The notes beneath the pieces are model-generated. The model had not been told where the DNA came from. It made no database searches and saw only the letters and a list, made by a program, of their open reading frames with translations. A DNA stretch of 64,000 nt from Mobula hypostoma (lineage: Eukaryota), in the NCBI RefSeq assembly GCF_963921235.1, contig NC_086107.1, positions 110,982,001 to 111,046,000 on the forward strand, in the 5' to 3' direction. Each line of letters begins with the position of its first letter. Within the stretch, counting starts at the first letter, position 1. The position numbers and the translations under genes are program-made. Positions 1-9,914 of this stretch are shown here, piece by piece.

Positions 1-710
1 CAGTGAACGGTAGGGCACTGAGGAGTGTGGTAGAACAAAGGGAATACAGAACCATAATTCATTGAAAGTGATATCATAGGAAGATAGGGTCGTAAAGAAA
101 GCTTTGGGCATATTGGTCTTCATACATCAATGTACTGAGTACAGGAGATGGGATATTATGTTGAAATTGTGTATGACGTTGATGATGCCTAATTTAGAGT
201 ATTGTGTGCAGTTTTGGTCACCTACCTGCAGGAGAGATGTAAATAAGGCTGAAAGAGTACAGAGAAAAGCTAAAGGATGTTGTCAGGACTGGAGGACCTG
301 AGTTATTAGGAAAGATTGAATAGGTTAGGACTTTGTTTTTTAGAATATAGAAGACTGAGAGGAGATTTGGCATAATACAAAATTATAGATAGGGTAAATA
401 CAAGCAGGCTTTTTCCACTGAGGTTGGGTGGGACTGAGGTCATGGGTTAAGGGTGAAAGGTGAAAGGTTGAAAGGGAAGTGAGGGGAAACTTCTTCACTC
501 AGAGGGTCGTGAGAGTGTGAAACGAGCTGTCGTCACAAGTGGTGCATGCAAGTTCGATTTCAACGTTGAAGCAAAGTCTGAATAGGTACATGGATGGTAG
601 GGGTATGGCGGGCTATGGTCCCGGTGCATGTCGATGGGAGTAGGCAGTTTAAATGGTTCGGAATGGACTAGATGGGTTGAAGGGCCTGTTTCTGTACTGT
701 ACAGCTATCT
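1..710 (+). mobile_element. CR1 LINE 3' fragment (end of ORF2 plus 3' UTR), decayed
   Basis: Translates to the CR1 C-terminal motif PNLEYCVQFWSP..RRDVNK.ERVQR and ends in the typical gggttgaagggcctgtttctgtactgt tail. Confidence 0.9.
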
Positions 711-744
711 GAGTATGTATTTCAAGTTTCAGACACACACATAA

Positions 745-1100
745 TCATTGCCTGAATGTCGTTTCATTCCTGCAATTATTTTCCTTTGTTTGCTTCTCAC
801 TGTCAGCTAGTTTGTCACATAGTCCCAGCAGGGAAATCGCTCCCCTAATTTTGCTTAATCTAATTAAATAGAATCTGCCCTCTAATCCTTCGATGCAATC
901 GTTCCTTTCCAGAACTAAATTCTCAACTAATCTATCTGCCTTCTCCATCATTTCAAGATATCTCGTTCCCAGGAGTACTAATCCCTGGCCGCACCTGTCT
1001 CAGAGCCAGCTGCCCATCACGGTTATCATATCACTGTCCCACGTGGCCACTCACATCAGCTTTAACATCCACGCTTTGCCTTTTTGCACATGCAGACTCC
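745..1100 (-). mobile_element. Very old CR1 endonuclease-region remnant
   Basis: Minus-strand translation weakly resembles the APE endonuclease N-terminus (..TWDSDMITVMGSWL..); many stops. Confidence 0.35.
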
Positions 1101-1169
1101 AAATCAAGTCTTGCTGCGGCCCACTTTTTTGCACAATGCCTTCTGTTTCTGAACTCCCTTCTCAGGAGC

Positions 1170-1566
1170 CATGCTGGAGGAGCTCAGCCGGTCAGGCAGC
1201 TTCTGTGGATGTGAGTAAATGGTTGGTGTTTTGGGCTGAGACCCTTCACTGGGATTGGAAGGGAAGGGGCTGGGAAGAAGGTGGGGGGAGGGGAGGAAGA
1301 AGCACAAGGTGGAGGTGATGGGTGAAACTGGGAGGGGGAGGGGAGGAAGAAGCAGAAGGTGGCAGGTGATGGGTGAAACTGGGAAAGCTGAGAAGTTGAT
1401 TGGTGAAAGAGATAAAGGGCAGGAGGAGAGGGAATATGACAGGAAAATACTGAAGACCATCAAAGAAAAGGAAGGGTGGGGAGCACCGGATGGGCAGGAA
1501 GAAAAGGTGTGAGAGGGAAACAAGAATGAGGAATGGTGAAGGGAGAGAAGGGGGATAATTACCAGA
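1170..1566 (-). mobile_element. Penelope-like element 3'/pLTR fragment with degenerate hammerhead motif
   Basis: Homologous to the 3' end of the element at 62667-63030 (tgctggaggagctcagc..., purine-rich tract, ..attaccagaagt). Confidence 0.8.
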
Positions 1567-1984
1567 AGTCTCTCTCCTGGCAGTCCGTGTCCCTTGTTTC
1601 ATCCAACTCCACCCCTCATCGCCCATATTACCATCCCCATGGTAATAATTAACCTGCCCATGAAGACATTAGGCTCAGCTTTGTCAGGTTGTAACCTGTC
1701 CATTATGAAGCAGGTCTGCCCTGCTCTAAAATCCATAAGACATTGGAGCAAACTAGACTATTTGGGCCCATTGAATCTGCTTCCCCCTCAGCTTCTTCCC
1801 CCTCCACCATCAGCTTTCTCCACAGATAATAAATCCAGGGACACGCAGCTTGAAGGGCCAAGTCTGGGCTGTACCTCAATAACTTAAGTAAATAATTCAC
1901 TATTCGCTGTATGAATCTTCAAATAATCAGTACCAGTGTCCCAGGAATATAAAGCCCTATCCCTTGCACCATCGTGGCACTTGA

Positions 1985-2365
1985 TCAGTGTGTATTAATC
2001 TATCTGTTCCTGATACATAGTCAAATATATGTTAATCTCTTTTATCCTCCGGTTTCATCTCTGTCTCTCTCTCTCATCCTGCTGTTCTATCCAGCTGTGT
2101 GTGACGTTTTACCCTACTGTTTTAACCAGATGTACCATAATCCCTTTGATCCCACTGTTAAGTCCAGATGTACATTAATCTATTACATCCGGCTGTGAAT
2201 TAATCCCATTTATCCGACTGTTTTATCTAATTGCGCACTAATCCATTTTTTCCCACCATTTTATCCAGCTGAGTATTAATCTGTTTTGTATCATGTTTTT
2301 ATCTAACTGTTCATTAATCCATTTTATCCCACTGCTATATCCAGATGTGAATTAATCTGTTCAGT
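1985..2365. repeat. Degenerate ~38-bp tandem repeat, consensus approx. CCCACTGTTTTATCCAGCTGTGTATTAATCCATTTTAT
   Basis: TAATC recurs at 2138, 2176, 2201, 2239, 2277, 2315 and 2353, mostly at 38-bp spacing. Confidence 0.8.
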
Positions 2366-2449
2366 CCTGCTGTTCCTAAATACTCCTGTACATAACGCCA
2401 CTGCTTTGAGGTGATATTTTTAACTCATCAAGGATCATGGACCAACTTT

Positions 2450-3268
2450 CTTCAGCATGTACAGGAGGTACCTCGTAAACTGGCCACTGAGTGTATGTTC
2501 ATGGTCTTCTGCTGCTGTAGCCCATCCACTTCAATGTTCCATGTGTTGTGCATTCAGAGATGCTCTTCTACACACCACTGTTGTAACAGGTGGTTATTCG
2601 AGTTACTGTCGCCTTCCTGTCAGCTTGAACCAGTCTGGCCATTCTCCTCTGACCTCTCTCAATAGTCATAGTCATAGTTATAGTCATACTTTATTGATCC
2701 CGAGGGAAATTGATTTTCATTACAGTTGCCCCGACGAAGAATAGAGTATAAATATATCAATATAAAACCATAAATAATTAAATAGTAATATGTAAATTAT
2801 GCCAGGAAATAAGTCCAGGACCAGCCTATTGGCTCAGGGTGTCTGACCCTCCAAGGGAGGAGTTGTAAAGTTTGATGGCCACAGGCAGGAATGACTTCCT
2901 ATGATGCTCTGTGTTGCATCTCGGTGGAATGAGTCTCTGGCTGAATGTACTCCTGTGCCCACCCAGTACATTATGTAGTGGATGGGAGACATTGTCCAAG
3001 ATGGCATGCAACTTGGACAGCATCCTCTTTTCAGACACCACCGTCAGAGAGTCCAGTTCCAACCCCACAACATCACTGGCCTTACGAATGAGTTTGTTGA
3101 TTCTGTTGGTGTCTGCTACCCTCAGCCTGCTGCCCCAGTGCACAACAGCAAACATAGTTTTTAGCATAACATAACATAACATAACATAATAAGGCGTTTT
3201 TGCCCACAGAACTACCATTCACTGGGCGTTTTATGTTTTTCACACCATTCTCTGTAAACTCCAGAGTT
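2450..3268 (-). mobile_element. Non-autonomous Tc1-family element, split by a LINE insertion
   Basis: Contains the ggccactgagtgta terminal motif. Segments 2480-2660 and 3190-3268 are collinear with the uninterrupted copy at 56344-56862. Confidence 0.8.
2662..3160 (-). mobile_element. Rex1/Babar-type LINE, 5'-truncated, young
   Basis: ORF ..WGSRLRVADTNRINKLIRKASDVVG..HPLHNVL..SQRLIPPRCNTEHHRKSFLPVAIKLYN with an (ATGACT)n tail. Near-identical copy at 61436-61849. Confidence 0.85.
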
Positions 3269-3369
3269 TATTACTATCCTGCCAAATGAAACAACATTCC
3301 TCTGGACCAAGGTGCAGAACACAGTACATATAACTCACACACAACACATAAAGTAATGTTATTAAGACA

Positions 3370-3830
3370 ATCTTCCGTCCGTGGACTCACTTTACACCGC
3401 ACGCTGTGGAGCAGTGCTGCCAGGATAATCAAGGACACGACCCACCCAGTCAACACACTTTTCGTCCCTCTTCCCTCCGGGAGAAGGCTCAGGAGCTTGA
3501 AGACTCGTACGGCCAGATTTGGGAACAGCTTCTTTCCAACTGTGATAAGACTGCTGAACGGATCCTGACCCGGATCTGGGCCGTACCCTCCAAATATCCA
3601 GACCTGCCTCTCAGTTTTTTTGCACTACCTTACTTTCCATTTTTCTATTTTCTATTTATGATTTATAATTTAAATTTTTAATATTTATTAATTTTTACTA
3701 TTTTTGATATTTTTAAATATTTAATATTTGTAATCCAGGGAGCGGAAAGCGCAGAATCAAATATTTCTGTGATGATTGTACGTTCTAGTATCAATTGTTT
3801 GGCGACAATGAAGTATAAAGTATAAAGTAA
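3370..3830 (+). mobile_element. Rex1/Babar LINE 3' end
   Basis: RIIKDTTHP..LPSGRRLRSLKTRTARFGNSFFPTVIRLLN, followed by an AT-rich UTR and a (AAGTAT)n tail. Confidence 0.85.
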
Positions 3831-3919
3831 TATTACAACAAATAACAAGTAATATAATATATTGATATTTTATATTTTATATTTCAACTATATTCCAGAA
3901 GGCTGACATGTCCTTAACA

Positions 3920-4135
3920 ATGGACGCCTCAAAAAGGCAGCCATCCATCATTAAGGACCCTCATCACCCAGGTCATGCCCCGTTCTCATCTACCATCAGG
4001 AGGAGGTACAGAAGCCTGAAGGCACACACTCAATGATTCAGGAACAGCTTCTCCCCCTCTGTCATCAGATTTCTGAATGGACATTGAACCCATGAACACT
4101 TCCTCCCTACATTTTTGCACTACTAATTTAATTCA
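3920..4135 (+). mobile_element. Rex1/Babar LINE 3' fragment
   Basis: IIKDPHHPGHA..PSGGGT/RRYRSLK..FRNSFSPSVIRFLNG-type motif. Confidence 0.8.
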
Positions 4136-4632
4136 ACTACTTTCGTACACAGCACTCCTCATAAATCTCTCTACTGGGTGGAGGAGAGACCCTGATGATT
4201 CTTTCAGCTGTGCTCACAATCCTTTGTAGGTCACCAGTGACGGAATTAACATATTCTGCACAACCTGAAAGCAGCTTTGAGCATATTTCCATGCTGCTCC
4301 ATGCAGCCCTAATATTTCCTTTCGAGAAGCCATGAAACATTCTATCACCTCAATGTTTTTCACGGATTTTGTTTTCATGATGGAGTGTTGCACATTATGG
4401 CATTTTACTCATGGTGTCCTGGTTCTGTCATGATGTACCCATTGGCTCTGTAACACGTTGTGTGGGTGTGAAGCTCCCTGTGGAGTCAGTGTACTTCCTT
4501 ATTCTTACTGAGCCTCAGAATATTCCTTTGCTATTCTTACGATGCACTTTGTAGCCTCAATTGCTGGCTACTAATGCTGTAGGCAGATGATCATTATCAA
4601 GGTATAATGATTTATGGTTTCCTTAAGGTTGT

Positions 4633-5010
4633 TATAGCTGGGGGTGGTAATGGAGACAAGCTCCCACTACCTATTAAATACTCCCAATGGTGTGCATCTC
4701 AAATACCCTCTGGCAACCAAGTCCAGCTCCTGGCCCTCGCGCGTGGCTTAGCTACTAAGCCCAGCGGAAACATTTCTACTGACTGGAAAAGAGGTAAAGG
4801 TTGGTTACTGGTGCCTTAAAACCAGTCGACTCGGGCAGATGGGGCTTGTCAGCCGGGGTTGGCAGCTCATCTAGGAGAAAGAAAACTCTGATCTCAAACC
4901 TTCGCTGCCTTTTCGCCACACCCTCTCACGGGGAAGGCTTTGGGAGTAAACCCCGAGAAAAAGTCCAGAGCTTGAGTCCCTAATGCTCAACACTGACTGG
5001 CAACTCCTTT
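4633..5010 (+). mobile_element. RTE-clade LINE 5' UTR-like fragment
   Basis: Resembles RTE 5' regions (..ttggcagctcatctaggagaaagaaaactctgatctcaaacc..). No ORF; recognition by eye only. Confidence 0.5.
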
Positions 5011-5104
5011 GGTGTAACATCTATGGTCAACCTTGACCAATGGGGTGATGGAAAAGTGATTGCATGTTAAAGATTGTCAGAACGCCCCTGGGAGAGAATA
5101 GGAA

Positions 5105-5420
5105 TCATTCATCAGTATCAGCCTTAAAATCTCTGGCATATGTTGTGAAATATGTTGTTTTGTGGCAGCAGTACGTTGCAATACATAATAATAAAATCTA
5201 TAAACTACAGTATGTAAATATATAAAAATAAAATTAAGTAGGTAGTGCAAAAAGAGAAGAAAAAAATCATGAGGTCGTATTCATGAATTAATTGTCCATT
5301 CAGGAATCTGATGGCGGAGGGTAAGAAGCTGTTCCTGAGACTTTGAATGTGGGCCTTCAGGCTCCTGTACCTCCTCCAGGATGGTGACAATGGGAAGAGG
5401 GCATGTCCTGGGTGATTGAG
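5105..5420 (-). mobile_element. Rex1/Babar LINE 3' end
   Basis: SPSWRRYRSLKAHIQSLRNSFLPSAIRFLNG plus the family 3' UTR. Confidence 0.85.
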
Positions 5421-5974
5421 TAACGTAACATCTAGTCAGCTCTATAGTGAGTGTCAATTTAGGGCTTATTGCTCAAATCCCGGAACTGGGCTTTGAACCT
5501 CAAATCGTTTGCCTGAAAGAGGCAAGTGGACACCTTCTAAGTCATACCTGAAGCTGACTACAGTCTCAGTACGTTAATGAACATGGGTCATGATGTAGCT
5601 ATGATGTAACACAGTGGCTTCAGCAAATATTATTTCTGAAGTGTGTGGGTATTGGATTTTGCTCAGTGCAAGTACTGGCACTTGCTGTAGTTTACCCTTC
5701 CACCACTGTTCTCCTGAACCGATGTGGATAACTTCACTCACCACAGCACTGAACCGATCATTGAACATAGCCCGTGGACTCTACAACTCATGTTCTCAGT
5801 ATTATTTAATCACTTATTTATTTTGTGTTTGTCTCTTCTTGCATGTTGGCTGCTTGTCATTCTCTACGTGTAGTTTTCCATTTCACTTTGAACTTTGAAT
5901 AAGAGAAGAGAATGAAGGGAGGTACGCAAATTTATGAAGGATACAGATAGGGTGAATGCAAGCTGGCGTTTTCC

Positions 5975-6545
5975 TGGTAAAACCTGAAGCATAGCCAAGT
6001 ACACTAATTTCTCTATTGTTAGGAACTTTCAGACTATTCTAGTGGTGTTTAGTATTTTGGCTCTCTGAAGATTTACATGAATATTGCTGTGTAGGTCTAA
6101 TGTTTAATGCCATTGTGTAGTGACTTTGGAAAGATACCAGTTGTAGATATTATTATTGGGACAATGGTATACCCTGTTCATGTTCCATAGTCTTTCAATT
6201 TCCTCTTTCAATTCAGCATATTTCTGGTGTTCTTCATTTATTGATTCCTGTTACGTGTGTTTAGAATGGCTATATCTGTTAACTAAGTTGTTCTTGCTGG
6301 CTTATCCTGTATTATTATATCTGGAAGGTTATTATGGGTTGTCCAATTTGTAATATCAGATTGGTCATAATGTAATTTGTGCGACTCTAACTCTAAAACT
6401 GGATCAGGCTTGTATTTATATTAAGGGTTGATGTCTTTTATGAGTTTGGATTTTATAGCAAGATTTAAAGGTTTTGGTGAATGATATTTGCCACTTGATT
6501 GTGCCTGTGTAAGATATTAGTTTGAGTTGAACTGCTGGAGGGTCC
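5975..6545 (-). mobile_element. R4/Dong-clade non-LTR retrotransposon C-terminal fragment (restriction-like endonuclease domain), pseudogenised
   Basis: Manual translation across stops and frameshifts: RHNQVANIIHQNL..YKYKPDPVLE..KLHYDQSDIT..THNNLPDIIIQDK..LTDIAILN..KYAELKEEIERLWNMNRV..IVPIIISTTGIFPKSL..LQRAKILNTTRIV*KFL. Confidence 0.8.
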
Positions 6546-6717
6546 TGGTCAGCTGTTATTTTTATTATTATTTTATATTTGCACGGCTTTTCTTCTTTTG
6601 CACATTGGTTCTTTGTCTGTGTGTGCTTTTTTAATTGATTCTGTTTTATTTCTTTGCTGTACTGCGAATGCCTGCAAGAAAATGAATCTCAGGGTAGTAT
6701 ATGGTGAGATGTACGGC

Positions 6718-7000
6718 TGCCACGGCAGCGAAGCGGTTAGTGCGACGCTATTACAGCCCGGGGCGCCTGAGTTCGGGGTTCAATCCCGGCGTCCACTGCA
6801 TGGAGTTTGTAACTATCCCTGTGGAATGCGTGGGTTTCCTCCGGGTGCTCCAGTTTCCTTCCACAATCCAAACACCGGTTGGTAGGCTAATTGGTCATTG
6901 TAAATTGTCCCATGATTAGGCTAGGGTTAAATCTGGGATTGCTGGATGGTGTGGCTCGAAGGGCCTGTTCCACACTGTATGTCCAAACAAATAAATAAAT
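6718..7000 (+). mobile_element. tRNA-derived V-SINE-like element
   Basis: A/B-box-like head (gggttcaatccc), V-domain gggtttcctccgggtgctccagtttcc, CR1-like 3' end and aataaa tail. Confidence 0.8.
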
Positions 7001-7321
7001 ACTTAGATTATAAAATGTACTTTGAACTTTTAAAATATTTCTAGGATGTATCATATACTCTTAGCATGCTTAGCAGCTTCGTCAATGCATCATGGTGAGA
7101 CAATAGTATCTGTATGATCTAATCTGTTGTTGCAATCGTCAAGATAGTTGTCTCAATCTATTATTAAAGAGCTAATGTTGAGTTGTCATACACAGGAACG
7201 TTCACTTACTATTATTGTGAGAGGATAATGGATTGTTATTTACATCGAAGTTTAACAATCGCAGACCATCCCAGACAATTTGTAGCCATGGAGATCCCTC
7301 TGTAGTGCAGTGACGGTCGGA

Positions 7322-7572
7322 AACAGCAGCAAACGGTTGGCGCGGCACTATTGCAGCTCGGGCCGTCGGAGTCTGGAGTTCAACCTGGCACCCTCGGCAC
7401 GGAGTCTGTACGTCCTCCCCCCCCCCCGTGGGACGCGTGCGTTTTCTCCGGGTGCTCCGGTTTCCTCCCACAGTCCAACGATGTACTGGTTAGTAGGTGA
7501 ATTGGTCATTGTAAATTGTCCTGTGATTAAGCTAAGGTTAAGTTGAACACATACGTACTGCATGCACAGATG

Positions 7573-7618
<46 letters not shown>

Positions 7619-7670
7619 ACACACACACGCACACACACACACACGCACACACACACGCACACACATACAG

Positions 7671-7703
<33 letters not shown>

Positions 7704-7706
7704 TAC

Positions 7707-7747
<41 letters not shown>

Positions 7748-7753
7748 CATACA

Positions 7754-7793
<40 letters not shown>

Positions 7794-7794
7794 T

Positions 7795-7836
<42 letters not shown>

Positions 7837-7952
7837 GCAGCAAAACTGGGGGTTGTTGGCAGCATAGCTCAAAGGGCCAGAAGAGCTTCTCCTGCCACTT
7901 TAAGCCATGCCGCCAGCAATACCGCTTATTCCACCTGTATCACTAAATAAAA
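7322..7952 (+). mobile_element. V-SINE-like element interrupted by a (CA)n array
   Basis: Head and V-domain at 7322-7545; the SINE resumes after 7840 (ctggggttgttggcagcatagctcaaagggcc). Confidence 0.75.
7574..7833. repeat. Compound (CA)n microsatellite with an internal ~84-bp higher-order duplication
   Basis: The variant block cgcacacacatacagacac...catacatacacatata occurs twice. Confidence 0.95.
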
Positions 7953-7971
7953 TAAGTTGAAATTCACAACC

Positions 7972-8185
7972 AGGAGCTGGTTGTGGACTACATGAGGAAT
8001 GGAGATGGCCTAACCCCTATTGACATCAATGGATCTGGGGTTGAGGGGGTGAACAGCTTCAAGTTCCTCGGCATCCACGTCACCGAGGATCTCATGTGCT
8101 CTGTACACACCAGCTGTGTGGTGAAAAAGGCACAACAGCACCTCTTTCACCTCAGACGGTTGAAAGAGTTTGGTATGTGCCCCCA
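7972..8185 (+). mobile_element. Rex1/Babar RT C-terminal fragment
   Basis: ELVVDYMR..INGSGVEGVNSFKFLGIHVTEDL..HTSCVVKKAQQHLFHLRRLKEFGM. Confidence 0.85.
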
Positions 8186-8199
8186 ATCTGTTGTGTGGT

Positions 8200-9455
8200 T
8201 CAGAAGGGAAGGGGAGGAGAAGAGACGGCCTGTGGTGATAGGCCTTTCAGCGGTTGGGAGAATGGACAGGAGGTCCTGTGTCCGAGAAAGAGATTCCCGG
8301 ATCTTGCTCCCAGGTTGCAGGGTCAGAGACATCTTCGATCGAGTACACAGCATTCTTAAGTGGCAGGTGAACAGCCAGAGGTCGTGGCCCATGGTGGTAC
8401 CAACGACATGGGTTGGAAGGGTGATGAAGTTCTGTAAAGTAAGTTCAGTGAGTTAGTTTCTAAGTTAAGGGACAGAACCTCCAGGGTTGTGGTCTCACTA
8501 TTGTTAGCCATACCACGTGCTAGTGGGGCGAGAAGTAAGAAGATAATACAGTTTGACACATGGCTAAGGAGATGGTTGTGGCGGGGGGCGGGGTTAGATT
8601 TTTTGGATCATTGAGCTGTCTTCCAGGGAAGGTGGGGCCTGTACATGCAGAACAGTTTGAACCTGAACTCTTAGGGGATAGGGGACTAATATCCTTATGG
8701 GAAGATCTGCTAGTGCAGCTCTGGAGGGAGGGAGGGTTTAAACTCTGCCCCCCCCCCCATATTAGGATGATGAGGACCAGAGCACTAGAACAGATACCAA
8801 AGTCGTTGTGGGGAAAGACGTTGTTAAGCCTACATACATAGTCAGGAATCAAAAGGTGGAGCATGGTGGGACGAATATTCTGAGTTGTGTCTATTTCAAT
8901 GCAAGGAATATTGCAGGAAAGACAGATAAGCTTAGGGAATGGACCAATGCATGGAGTTATGACATTGCTGCCATTAGTGAGACTTGATTTCAGGAGGGAC
9001 AGAAGCGTAGGGGAATGAGGTGAGATTTATGGAGGTATACAAATTTATGAGAGGTATAAATGGGGTAAATGCTAGCAGGCCTTCTCCACAGAGTTTGGGT
9101 GAGACTGGAACTAGAGGTTATCGGTTACGTGTGAAAGGTGAATGGCTGAAGGGGAACTTCTTCACTCGAAGGGTGGGTGAGAGTGTGGAGTGAGCTGCCA
9201 GCAGAAGTGGTCGATTCGGATTAGATTTCAACACTTAAGAGAAATTTGTGTCGGTGCATGGATGGGAAGGGCATGGAGAGCTATGGGTTAGGGTTAGGGT
9301 TAGGGTTAGGGTTAGGGTTAGGGTTAGGGTTAGGGTTAGGGTTAGGGTTAGGGTTAGGGTGGGTGCGGGTCAATGGGACTAGGCAGAGTAATAGTTCAGC
9401 ACAGACTACATGGGCCGAAGGACCAGTTTCTGCACTGTAGTGTTCTATCACTCTA
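8200..9455 (+). mobile_element. Internally deleted CR1: ORF1 esterase remnant, ORF2 endonuclease start and 3' UTR
   Basis: VVIG.S.V.RMDRR..LPGCRVRDI (SGNH-like ORF1), then LSCVYFNARNIAGK..SYDIAAISET* near 8880-8990, then directly the CR1 3' end. Confidence 0.75.
9285..9360 (+). repeat. Interstitial telomeric repeat (TTAGGG)12
   Basis: Twelve perfect GGGTTA units plus GGGT. Confidence 0.97.
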
Positions 9456-9744
9456 TAACACACTGCATAAATTAGGACGTCAGCTTAGATTGGCAATGTG
9501 TTACCATCATGCAGCTTTTTGCCTGTGTTGTCAAGGCAACCTATAGTTCCAATTCATTCACTACCTGCACTCCTACACTGCATGGATATATATCAAAGCT
9601 TTAGATTCTCAATACTTGGCAGTGGTGTATTCGATGTCCTCAGTACTCTTACATCATGTAGTAGCCAGTGGCTATAACAGCTGCTTTGTGCTTAACGCAA
9701 TCATAATAATTATTGTTGATATACAGTGTGTAATAGGCTCCTCT

Positions 9745-9890
9745 GCCCAAGCCATGCCTCTGTGCACCCCCCAGTTTAACATGAGCCTAATCACAGGACA
9801 ATATACAATGACCAATTAACCTACTAGCTGGTACATGTTTGGAATGTGGGAGGAAACCGGAGCATCTGGAGAAAACCACACACATTCCAC
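9745..9890 (-). mobile_element. V-SINE fragment
   Basis: aatgaccaattaacctac..tgtgggaggaaaccggagca is the reverse complement of the V-domain. Confidence 0.75.
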
Positions 9891-9914
9891 GTAGGGAGTT
9901 AATTGCAGAGTAGC

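Noticed and set aside
7348..7950. Long Cys-Val and His-Thr ORFs
   Set aside because: These are translations of the (CA)n microsatellite.
9246..9463. Gly-Leu and Pro-Asn repeat ORFs; possible chromosome end
   Set aside because: They translate the TTAGGG array, which is short and flanked on both sides by continuous CR1 sequence.
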